Source of the DNA: Yuukianura sp. NJ FZ-2021
Lineage: Eukaryota
Assembly: GCA_046563655.1 (NCBI GenBank)
Contig: CM102290.1
Coordinates: 310,001 to 374,000, forward strand
Reading direction: 5' to 3'
Length of the DNA stretch: 64,000 nucleotides
Shown here one piece after another: positions 12,901-24,057 of the stretch; the first letter of the stretch is position 1; every line of letters begins with the position of its first letter. The notes beneath the pieces were generated by a model. The model saw only the letters and a list, made by a program, of their open reading frames with translations. It was not told where the DNA came from and ran no database searches. The position numbers and the translations under genes were made by a program.

Positions 12901-15900
12901 CGACCCCGCATCCGTTTTTGTCTGACCTTCCCTTCAACTCCGATTGACTTTTGTCTTTATGTTGCTTCCGCAAATGGCTTTGTGGGTCTCTGAAAATAAA
13001 CATCGTGTATAAGTCCAGATCCAAATGACTATTCGTTAACTGCCATAACGTAAACATGCTCTTACCCACTACTGTCGTTTGAAATCGAAGAGTCTGATTT
13101 TGCTGACACGAAGCTAGCAGCAGTAGGAACCTTCTTCGAAGAACTATTTCCAGCACTAGCAGTAGTAGTAAGATGATTGCCTGCAGTTCCTTTGTCTTTG
13201 AAAAGTCTCAATTTCTGAAGCATTGAGTTCTTCTCTTGAGGGTTGGTTTTGACTGGTATCACTCTGTTTATAAAACCAAAATCAGTTACAAATCATCACC
13301 ACACACAAAACCACAGTCCGTTACTATGCAAACATCTCACTAAAATGATAAACTTTCTTACCCATTATCTCTGTCTGAAGATGAGGAAACATTTCTGGTC
13401 GCCTGTTGCGCTGTACCTGCCGATCGTGGCATAGGAATAAGAGACGGCTGAGGGGCTGATGGACTTGTTGATCTAGAACTATTACCGGAAACACTTCCTG
13501 TAATCAAAACAAAAGTCATTAACAATTTCCTTCCAAAATCACTTCAAACTTTACCTTTTTACAACTAATTTCTCAAATGACAAATATTGCCAAGTACAAA
13601 TAGAACCTGTGCCAACTTTCAACAAAACCTATAAGTAATATAATGTGAGTGTCAGTAAGACACTCACATTGCTTGTCATTCCTTCCTTTTCTTGACCCAA
13701 TTCTCATACTTCTTAGCAAAAAATGAAGAGTAAACTCCTCACTAAACCCATTAATCTTCTTTTTAATCTTGTGCAATCTACCGGCGCCGGCGGGGATGCA
13801 AGAGGTTTTGCACGAACCCCACAACGAGTATAAAATGAGAAGGGGGATGATCATTCCGTTTATCTTTTGTTTGTTTACCTCCCGTTCTTGTTTATTTACA
13901 CTTTTGAATCTTTTGATTTCCCGCCTTTTTAATATTTTGAATTTCCCGCTCAAGAGATGGCACCTCAAAAGTTGCAAAAAAATGCACCCTCACATCCTTC
14001 CCCCCCAATAGAATGATTGTTGATTAGCAAAAAGTTGGTCACAGTTAATGAATAAAGTGAAGTGCGAAAATGATTAAAGTGGCAACTGGTGACAGTGACA
14101 TGATAATAACAATAACTTGGCTTCATGACAGAACAAAGCTATCTTCCGTGTTATTTCGTGACTCCAAAATGTATCTCACGACCTAAATACTATTGCACAC
14201 AAATGTCTCCAGACAAGGACAAAGCCCTGTGGTTTCCCTGCTATTTTTAAAGTGACAAAAACTATTTTTTGTCCTGGTTTTGCATGATTCACGAACTCAT
14301 TTTTTGCATAATACAAAAAAAAATTGCATCTACCACATCCGTACATCCGTAATTGTCAAACTATGAGTGTGCAAAAATACAAACAAAAAATGTCAGGAAA
14401 CTCACCGGGTCGTATCGACTGATGATTCGTTGCGGTCGTTGTTCTTCTTGGAGCGGGTGGTCCATGGTGGTGACCGACAATCGGAATGCTGCTGCCTTTA
14501 GTTCCGGTTCTGGAAAGGAATTAGATTAGAATATGGTTAAGATTAGGCTAATCCAAAAACAGATCCGGATTATCTTTGGATTATCTTGATCTTTAGTTTT
14601 AGCCTTGGTTGGTGAAATTGTTTCACCAACCAAGCTTACAAACAAGAATTATTTCACTGAAATACCTTGGTTGAGCAGCCATGTCCTTTTGCTTGAACCG
14701 CGAAAGTTCAAAAAACAGTCGAAGAATCGGTTTCAACTGGCCTTCTCGCAGATCTCTAGATGACACACCATCCAGTGGTACTCCGATGTGTCCAAGGAAC
14801 AGTAACACACTGTCCAAGTTCTCCAACTGTTGAAAGAAAGGAAGAGCAGAAGATCTTTGTTACAATTGGCAGAGGCAGCCTTGGATGGCAATTCTGCACT
14901 GACACTCGCAATAAAAGTCAGGAAGGAGCCAGCAGGAGGATTTGCAATTTTTGCAAAAACGAGGATCAGTATGTATCAACACGCTCTGCTGTGAGTAACA
15001 GACTCCTCAGCATCAAAGCTGTTTGGTGTTGATCCTGGTAAGTTAAGTGGTTGGACTCTGAAAGTGGAATAAAGCTCTCCGGATGCCAATGTGACGGCAT
15101 GATCTCATCGCAATTAACAAAGAGTCACGCAGAGACTCTCTCACAAACATCTCCTGCCCTCCTTTAAACTTAACATAAGAGTCCATTACCAGGAAAAGAA
15201 TAGAAACGTCTTTGATCTCCTAATAAAACATAACTTAAGACTCCTTTCATACACTTTTTCCACTTAACCAGAAGCATAACCGAAACCTAAGCTGAATCCA
15301 TTCATCCTAACCATTAAGTGACTCCAGGGAGAGACTTTAATAGCCTAACGGCTTGAGTCGAGGATTTCCCAGAACCTGACAGAATCTGACTCATTCCAGC
15401 TGAGAATCTTGACTCCTCCACACATGAAGGTGCACGAATCTGTTTTCTCCGTACAAGGTGCACCACTCTGTTTTTTAGGATCAGGAATCCGGAAGGAGAC
15501 AATAGGACCATGAATAATGGGGATTAGGATTAGGACGATTCAGGAATCGGATCATACTATAAGTTATAGTCTGACTAAAAAAACGTCGTTTGTGTATCAT
15601 TGTAAGGAAACTCCCGGTATTTTTTGAACGTAACAATAGCCAAAAATGCTCAGGTGCACAGAGAATAGACTTGGCTTACCATTTGACTCGCGTTCTTCGG
15701 CTTTCTTGTCACTCCAGGAACTCTTTGATTAGCTGAACAAAATAAAAGCAACAATTGAATGTAGTAAGTGTTTTTTTTTTCAAAAAGAGATCCAGAACTT
15801 GTTTTTTGGACCATTTTGAAAAAAGAGTTAAGATGTGTGGTTGTGTAACGAAGACACAAGACATTATCACTACTGACCAATCAGTAACTTACTAATGGCT

Positions 15901-16991
15901 TGGACAATGTCAGCCAAGATGATTCCATCCTTGACATCTTCTTGCAAGTCCTGGATCCGTCTCGGACTTTTTCCTTTCTGAAGATAGTGGTTGGCCCACT
16001 CCAGATAGATCTAGAAAAACAGAACAAGCTTTTAGAAAAAAAAAACGTTTTTTTTATAGTACTTTGGACACATTTTGTTAAGGACTAAAACTAAAGTGCG
16101 CTAATGGATGAGTCATTAGGAAAACACTTAAAGTTGATTCAGCGGAGGAGCCGAATTCACAAAAAAGAAATAGCAGGGCTCCTAATCCTAACTTAAGCCC
16201 AGAAAAAGTTCTTAAGATTTTGGTGGGACCTGGATGATAGTTTGGTGGGACGGATGGGGTTGGTGGGGCCCATGTGGCTGTTGTGCTGCCACCACGACGG
16301 AAGAGGCTGCCATCCGCAGTGGATGATTTGTGCCAAGGGTCTAAAGCGGGACTGAAAAGTGGCTAAAAACAGGGAGGAAGTGGAGGTCTCTTGGAAGGAG
16401 GCAGGCTAAAGATAGCATCAGAATCTGGTTGCATTTGATCTTCCAAACATCAACAGAAGTAACACGGGGAGCTTCTCAGGAAAGAATAGAAACATTTGAC
16501 TTAAGGAAGATCTTAAAATGGAAGCGAACATGTCTGAACAAGTTCATTTACTCTTACCAAAACTACTGGCAACACTTCCAGGAAATATTCGTTTCAAATC
16601 ATTCACTAACTCACCCCAAACACTTAAAAGTCGTCGTCATCTCACGAATTTGTCAATAAATTACCCTATTTCACAGCGTATAGCTCGCACCCACGTATAC
16701 CCCGCACTTAAAAATTTTTGGGGGTATAAATTCAACTGAAACCCCCACAAAAAATCGTTTCAAATTCGTTTATTTTGCTAGTAACCGGCGGAATCATGAG
16801 GTAGCCCATGAAATATGCGCCGTGAAATAGGGTACAGTTCCTGACTGCTTAGTTTTTAATTTTCTTAAGTTAGATTCGGTCGTTGTAAAAATTGATAGGA
16901 TTTGGCTCCTGTAGAGTGTAACTGTGTGACTAATTGAGTTAATTAAGAATCAACTTACTTTTTTGGTATTCCGTTCTGGTGGTTTCCCCAT
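3994..16991 (-). CDS. sick: Neuron navigator / sickie / UNC-53 homolog (CH domain, coiled coils, C-terminal AAA-type domain), multi-exon
   Basis: CH-domain exons IYLEWANHYL...DLQEDVKDGIILADIV (~15893-16010), NQRVPGVTRKPKNASQM and ENLDSVLLFL...LKPILRLFFELSRFKQ. Also SLVSTASSIYST..EEKQAHELRKLRREL, AHVVAAFEQSL, LREKEMVLTDIRLEALTSAHQL, ELLPCGYLVGD, Walker A GVRAVGKS and IGPRLFLSCP. The putative first coding exon MGKPPERNTKK (16991-16959, followed by GTAAGT) is less certain. Confidence 0.93.
7217..7741 (-). CDS. Putative alternative first coding exon of navigator/sickie (short isoform)
   Basis: 175 codons from ATG 7741 to a GAG|GTACAT donor at 7217/7216, phase 0, in frame with the acceptor at 6988 (AHVVAAFEQSL). 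Lies within the intron between the ...LSTN and AHVV... exons. Confidence 0.65.
9214..9240 (-). CDS. Putative 27-nt cassette microexon of navigator
   Basis: On the minus strand tttccaatAG|CCACTTCTGCGAGAGGACTTTTCCCAG|GTAC. Phase 2-2 and stop-free, between the SNSIR and STKSEKIYPSM exons. Confidence 0.55.
10521..10674. mobile_element. Tc2/pogo-like MITE
   Basis: TIRs CACTATTTCACGGCG...CGCCGTGAAATAGGG, TA on both flanks; related to 16664-16832 in opposite orientation. Confidence 0.75.
11690..11970. repeat. Degenerate minisatellite (~27-30-bp unit, AAATATCTCGAGCAACGTTATCTTG-like)
   Basis: About 9-10 imperfect tandem copies in a navigator intron. Confidence 0.8.
16664..16832. mobile_element. Tc2/pogo-like MITE
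   Basis: TIRs CCCTATTTCACAGCG...CGCCGTGAAATAGGG with TA flanks; internal similarity to 10521-10674. Confidence 0.75.
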
Positions 16992-18247
16992 ACAGGAGTT
17001 TGGGGTGAATATCCTTCCGTAATGTTAACTTATGATACTAAAACGGGACATGGTGCACAAGATCTGATCATATTTCAGGATTTGGTGTCATCCAACAATA
17101 TGAAATGTCACGCATGAAGTATCGTCTCAAAATAGGACTTAAGCCACCACTTGATCTTCCTGGGAATGTGTCCACTGGTTGCACAACACAACAACGTTAT
17201 TGCCACGTTTTGTGTGACCTCAACGGTAAGAATAGATGCAAATCCACAGTGTTTTTATATAAAACTGGATACTGAAACTGGATGGATAAATCTGGCGAGA
17301 TGTTGAACTTGAACTTGATTCTGGAAGAGAGTGAAAGATCCTGCTGCTGCACCACACTCAAAATCTGTGGATGCTCTTCCGGAGTGAAAGTAATCAATAC
17401 ATTACTTTCCCCGTGCATCATGCATCTCCGCAACATCTTTCCAGAACAGCCTCCTATGCACTTTTACCACCCCCCACTTCCTTTGAATCTTCCTGTCCCA
17501 CTTAATTAGTAACACGATTACCCATCACACTAATCCGACGTTTTAAAAACGTTCACTTTCTTCTTTCTTATGTCACTTGAGAGAATATGACGAGAAGACG
17601 ATGATATGAGTTGACATTTTCAGGAATGAGAGGTCATCTGCCTATGTAAAAGCTGATATCAAATAGACATTCAAATCTTAATTTTCATGATTAATTGATC
17701 AGGACTTGAGGATTACCGTTGAAGATCAGGATGAGGATTAGGATGGCGTGTGTAGTGTTTTCACTCGTGTCTTTTCTCCCGTGAGTTGCGTCACATACGG
17801 GATCCGTTTTTTTTTGGTATACCTCCTACCGTGGACACTTTTTTTATGTGAGAGACCCCTTCCTCCTTCCTGTGTCACGAACACCCCCACTCGGCTGTCA
17901 TAAATTACTCAAATTAATCAGAGTATCTGCAGAGGTCAATGTTACTAGTGATGCCCGGAAGTGAGCCAGTAAAGTGACTATAATCGTGTAATTGATTCCA
18001 AGTAAACCGAAGCAATAAGGATTAAGGGCTACGTGGATCCTTAGAAGTGTGAATCATCTGTTGAGTCAACCGATAGGATTGTAACTTTGAATGTAAGGCA
18101 CATAAAATAGAAGTTAATCGGTTACCCCGATCATTGGTTAATTGATTTATCTTGTTGACAGTGTACGCACCGGAGGGAAGACGAGAAGATGTAGGTGTCA
18201 AAATCGTCTAGAGGAACTGCAGCGGTTAACAGGAGGGACTGCGACCA

Positions 18248-19982
18248 ATGGAACTCAAAGTATGGCTGGATGGGTTACCGAGAATAGTCTGTGGAGTTAA
18301 CGACAAAACTACCTGTCAAGTATGTCACTTCCGTGTTACAAATTAGTTTAGTAATTGTTAAGTTTATAGAATCTTAAATGTATCTTGTTGTCCAGGATAT
18401 CGTGTTTGCACTAGCCCAGGCAACTGGAAAGACTGGACGTTTTACACTTATTGAACGATGGAGAAACAACGATCGACTACTGGCACCTTCCGAGGTACAT
18501 TGACGTTAATCTGGAGACATTCAAGTGACATGGTCAATGGCTTAGTTTAGTTAGTTCAACGTTTGAAGTTCGTTTGATCTAAAATCTCTTGCCGTGTTTC
18601 AGGTTGTCATGAAATGGGGTGAACATTCGTCATCGGCTGACATTCAGTATATCCTGCAATGTACTTCAATAGATCCAAAGACTGCCAAAACTCCACCCTC
18701 CCCATCAACTTCCAACAGTGACCCACCTTCACTGACCTCCGCCACTCCATCTCAAGAAGATTCTACCCCAACTGCCCCACCGCCATATCGAAACCCACCG
18801 ACTCCAGTCAAAGGACCTGCCAAAAGCCCGGGCAAGGTACTTCCTCCTTACAGACTTCCGCCACCACCCAGTACACAAACTAATCTCAGAACTCAGCAGC
18901 AGGCTACTGCCGAGGAATCACCAGTTACTGAAGTAATCAATTCAATTATCTCATTAAACTTAATTTAACTTAACGCATTGACACTAACGTAAGAGTACTT
19001 TCCATTTCAGAAACCCCCTCATGACTACAAAGATCTAATTCATCATATCAATCGACAAAGAGAAAAACTAACAGCACAACAAGCAGAACTTACAATGGTT
19101 AGTTAAACTTCTGTCTAATACTTTGTCCAGCATTTCCTAACTTTTTTTTTTGTTCATTTTAGCATGATGCTGAGATCATGTTTTGGGAAACAAAAGCACG
19201 AATTCAAGAACGCAACATGGAGACCATTTCCAAGGAAATCACTCGACTCGAAATCCTTGCCCTCCAGAACGACGTACAAGTTCAGGCTTTAAAAGACGTC
19301 GAAGACGAAAACGAGTCTGTCACAGCCGAATCCATTCGGTTACGACAAGAAACAGCCACTCTCAGGAACGATCTCTCCCGTTGCGACCAAGAACTAAGTC
19401 ATTGCAAAAATACCATCAGGTCATCTTCCACAAAACATGATGGTTCCATGCCATTGCTACGAATGAATTCCGACGAATCCAATTGCTCCGACCGGCAAAT
19501 TGCTCCGACAATAGTTTTATCTGTAAACTAATTCAATTTCGGAGCAACTTGTCTTTCGGAGCAATTCGCTTCGGAGTATTTGATTCGAAGTAATGGCGTG
19601 CTACCAACATAACCTACCTTAACAAAACCGTTATCAAAACTTGTATTGATTCGTACCTTACAGAATGCTGGGAGAATCTCTTGCGTCCACTGAAGTCGAT
19701 AACCTTCGTAAGGCTCTGACGACTGCCTGTGAAGAAACTGAGGCAATCTGTGCCACAGCGGGGACCCTTGAAGCTGAAGTCTCTTCTCTAGCAGTGTCCC
19801 TTGGAAAAAAGAAGGTTCAAATGGAAGAGTTAGTTTGTGCAATGAAGAAAGCCAATTTGGAGAGCTTAGGCATGGGCGAAGAGGAGTCTTTGTTTAGAAG
19901 TCGCAGACGAATTCGCGGTTCGGCTCGACAACTCAAAGATGCTGCTCCTACTACCACTAACCCACACGGTGTCTGGGTCTAG
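18248..19982 (+). CDS. RASSF8: N-terminal Ras-association domain family protein (RASSF7/8-like), about 6 coding exons
   Basis: [59 protein letters not shown] is the N-RASSF RA domain. It is followed by a Pro-rich linker, coiled coil and C-terminal NPHGVWV*. Exons start at 18248, 18396, 18603, 19011, 19162 and 19664. Confidence 0.92.
19442..19605. mobile_element. Foldback MITE (superfamily unassigned) in last RASSF intron
   Basis: Ends GGTTCCATGCCATT...AATGGCGTGCTACC, with internal inverted TTGCTCCGA/TCGGAGCAA units; same termini as 34434-34907. Confidence 0.7.
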
Positions 19983-20081
19983 TTACCAACTACCTACCAA
20001 CCAAAATGAATTAAAGCAATGCAAACCACGCAACTATTTGTAACCAAAGTGTAATACTGTTCCAGTATTCGGTTAATTAGT

Positions 20082-23000
20082 TTAGAAGTTTGGTGAATTA
20101 GTTGAGAAGTTGTTGAGAAGTTCATCGATATCGTGTTTCGAGAGAGCTTTGGCTCCAGAAGAACCAGCAGACGGAGGTTGTTGTTTCTGCTGGAAAATTA
20201 GAGAGGTGTTGGATTTCTGACTGGAGACTGGAAGTGATAGCACAGACGGTTGCGGTTGAAGTTGTGGTGAGTGGAATGCGTAGTTGGATTGTTGTAGACG
20301 AAGTTGTTGTTGACTCGATTGTTGTTGCTGTTGTGGTTGTTGACTTGATTGTTGTTGCTGTTGTTGAAGACGTGGTTGCTGTACAGCTGGAAATGGAAAC
20401 GGAGTAATCGTCGGCTGTTGTTGATGACTATTTGAATTGGAAGAGATCATGAGTTGATCGATTTGTGAGTCCATGAGCGTATGAACCATGTCTTTTGGTT
20501 GAGACCACGGTGGTGGTGGATTGGTTGGAGTCGGAGGTCTCTTACTTCTTTCCTGTTTCCATTCAGCAAATCTGCATAAATTGATTGAGTTAGTTAACTA
20601 TTTAGTTAATTTTTTTAAGTTTAAATTCTGTTAATGTCAATGCATATAAAGCAACATACGACTGCGTAGCTAGTTTAGGTTTAGGAGTTCCATTCGACAT
20701 TCCCGGGAACAGTTCTTCCATGCTTGGAAAAGGAGAATCGTTTCTGTCAAAAAACGAAGAAAAATTTTGCAAGATTTTGATTTTTTTTTTTTTTTTTTTT
20801 GGAAAATTCAAAATTTTGAATAACTCACACTGCCTTGGGCGTAGACGGATTGAACTTTGCAGTTTGTTCTCGTGCAACTTGTTCAATCAGTTCGTGGATG
20901 AAACCCAGGAGATTCTCGAGGCAGTCCTTCGTCAGTCCATTCTCAATTGTGATTGGGAACAGGAACGGGAGAACGCGAGTAGCAATCAGTTCTTTGGTTA
21001 AACCTAACCGTCGATGTCTGGCCATTGCCTTCAGAATCACTACAAAATTTTTAAATTAATTGAAACAATTAATATAATTCAATTAATTAATATAATTCTC
21101 ACTTATTGTCACACTCAGACTCTTACTTAGAATAGCAGTTACGACGACAGACTCTCTGTTCGGAATTTCAGTTATAAATGGAAGAACAAAGTCCATGACG
21201 AGCCACTTCTCAATTTCTGGCAAAGTGTAGCCAAGGCACATCAAACAGCTCATCCTAACCTGCAGATCAAAAAAAAATTGTCAAAATTTTCGAGAAAAAA
21301 AATTGAATTTTTATGACGCCAAAACCTCTCGCCTCACTGCCTCACACCACAAGACATTAGGCAGGGTAAGCATTTTGCAATCTGAAATCTAGAGAGCGAT
21401 TTTGTGATGTAGAGCGAGCGGGAGTTCAAATCTACATTGCAATTCTCCTTTTCCTAAAACTCGTCTCGGTTTTTGAATCTGAATCTAGAGTTCGGAGTTT
21501 TGCAAAAGATAAGTGAGAAACTCTCGCGCGGCAAGCCTCTAGATTCAAATTTACTCCTACATTTAAGAAAATTTTGCTTACCCTCACTCCTCTACATTAC
21601 AATTTCTGGTTTTCAATGTACCTAGATTTCAGATTGAAAAACCTGCTTACCCTTACTATTAACCAAAAAAAAATTTTTTGAAAGTTTCAAACTGGACCCA
21701 CAATTTTTCGGATTCCGAAACAAACCATTTTCTAGTCAAATTTTTCGACAATTCTTTTTTCTTATTCCTTTTCACTTTTTACGACGTTTCAACTCATTTT
21801 CTGCAAGAAATTCTTCTGGTGGCGACTAGTGATTATAATTTTGAATCTTACGTTTTGAGATTGCGTCGACAGAGTAATTTTTCTAATTCGTGGCAGCACA
21901 ATGTTTTTGACAGCTCCATGATCCAGTAAGACAAACAGAGTTGGAAGGACTCCTAGTGCCAGTTCTTGCATTTGATCATTTTCGTTGTCCAGAGCAGCAT
22001 AGACCAAGGGAAGCAAATCTGTCTTCTGGAAATCATCCGGAGCCTTTTTGATAATCAGTTCCATATTTTTCAGAACTATGTACGACACCTATTCAAAACC
22101 AAACGGAAATCATAAAAACTCCTTTGAAAGTTCAGTTAGGTTGGTCTTTGTTAAGTTAAAATAAGAGAAAGTGTTAAATTAAAGCCTTACTTGAACTGGA
22201 TCTTTGATCTTCATGGCTGTTCTCATGGGTTGGAGCAGATGACGAGAAAATTCTTCTTCCGTGGACCAATCAACGATGCTCAGAAGATTCGGAAGAATGA
22301 ATGGCACCATTGGAGGATTCACGAGTTCATTGGCCAAGCACGGAACAACTCTGAAAGCAAAAGAAGTTTATTATGACAAAGTAAGAAAGATTTTTGAAAA
22401 ATATGAATTTTGAAATACCTAAACAGTCTGACTCTGTGTGGAAGTTTTTCTAGCAAAGTGTGAAGTCCTTTGAAGAATTTACTTTTTTGTAGATTATCCA
22501 GTTGGAACAGCGAATCCAAATAACTCAGTGTCTTCACTCTTTCGTCTAATGCGAAATAGCTCAACTACAAAAAAAAATCGAAATTTTCAAAAAGTTATTA
22601 CTTTCACATCTTTTGTGAAACTTTTGTCTGCTTTTTAGCGTTACCTTTGAATAATCATGTGCATCAGGTCGACCATCAGGGTTGTGCTGAAGGAGAGATC
22701 TCAGAAACGTGTGAATCTCTGCTGGAACTTTCCGGAAGTCAGGGTCACACCCTCTCTCTAACTGGAGATCAACAAAATGTCAATCGATACCACTGCATAA
22801 TTTTATTAACAAAAGAAACTTACTTTTGCAAAATTGTTTCTGCATGCGTGTAGACTCCCTCCCGTAGGAAAAACAGTCTCTCCTTTGTTATAAGCCGCAA
22901 AGGTCAGCACTCCAAGAGCAAACAGGTCACTGGCAGGCACCGGAAATTTCTCGTACTCTGGCGGTACGTAGTCCAGATTCGGCCGGGAGTTGGGATGAGC

Positions 23001-24057
23001 TGTATCGTCCAAGTCAGTCCCATCCCAAAGGAGCTGTTTCAATATCAATTTACCTAATTTATCGGCGTATAACGCGCACATTATACGCCGATAAATAGGG
23101 TAGTAAAGTTCAATGCCACAAGATTAATCAACTTAGTAGAATCGTACGTCTTTCAGGATCGGTTTGATTGAAAAGTCAAATCCAGCAATTTTCCAGGATC
23201 CTTGTTCACTGAGAATGATTGATTCTGGACATAGGTTTCCGTGAATGAGTTTTTCACGATGAAGAAACTGGAGTCCTTCTGCCACCTAAAAAATTAATTG
23301 AAGTTTGTCGTGAATTTAGGCTGGAGCGGATGAGCTGAAAATTATTTGGATAGAATCCATATCATGGATTCGATTATCGGTAATACCTGCAGCAGCCCGT
23401 ATTTGATCTCGACTTCGTCCAGGACGTACTCCCTGAGAGCAGTTGCAGTTGAGTATGGCAGATTGTCCTTGTTTCCCAGCACATTGGCCAAACTTGCCAA
23501 AACAGGTTCTGCTGCAAATGCTATGCTGTCTCTGTAACACAACCATGTTTATGATTATGTCAAAAGTTATTTGTAAGTTAACGATTAGATACAAACTGCT
23601 TGTCGTCTTACCTAGATTCTTCCAGCGGATGTTGCACTGTGAGGATTCGCGGATGTCGTAATTTGGTAAGCTGCGTGACCCCTCTCTTGATAGCATCCAT
23701 GATTCGTTCCCTATCTTTCTTACTCCATTTATCGACATCCTTCTTTTCAAAGATGAATACAGATGCTGCCTGTCGTGTACTTTTCTTGTATCCAGAATAG
23801 ATCTTCCACAATAGACCTGAGAACAGAAGAAGATCAACGTATTCAACCTTTAGCAACAACAACAGCATAAAGAAGGAAATCAAAGAATAGCAGATTACTT
23901 TCGATTAATCATGGTTACCTGGGCCAGCACTGCCGACTTGTGCTACTAGTTCATATTCACGACAAACTGGATTTCCAGGCAAAACGACTGACAGTTGACT
24001 TACGGTACTTGTTACCGTTGACACGGTGTTTCTGAGCTTATTGATAACAGAATCCAT
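20082..24057 (-). CDS. SCYL2: SCY1-like protein 2 (CVAK104-type pseudokinase with HEAT repeats and Q-rich tail), multi-exon
   Basis: MDSVINKLRNTVS..LPGNPVCREY..GSAGPGLLWKIYSGYKKSTRQAASVFIFEKK, LTKLRHPRILTVQHPLEESR, LIHGNLCPESIILSEQGSWKIAGFDF, PNLDYVPPEY, DNLQKSKFFKGL, LGLTKELIATRVLPFLFP, ending LSKHDIDELL. GT-AG introns. Confidence 0.94.
21362..21654. mobile_element. Probable MITE in SCYL2 intron
   Basis: Imperfect TIR CAGGGTAAGCA..CAATCTGAAATCTAG / CTAGATTTCAGATTG..TGCTTACCCT; TSD not clear. Confidence 0.55.
23053..23100. mobile_element. Minimal 48-bp Tc2-like MITE (TIR-only hairpin)
   Basis: TA-CCTAATTTATCGGCGTATAA-CGCGCACA-TTATACGCCGATAAATAGGG-TA; termini resemble the other TA-flanked MITEs. 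Confidence 0.65.

Noticed and set aside
20290..20430. CAA/CAG-rich repeat
   Set aside because: Coding polyQ-rich low-complexity tail of SCYL2, not a separate element.
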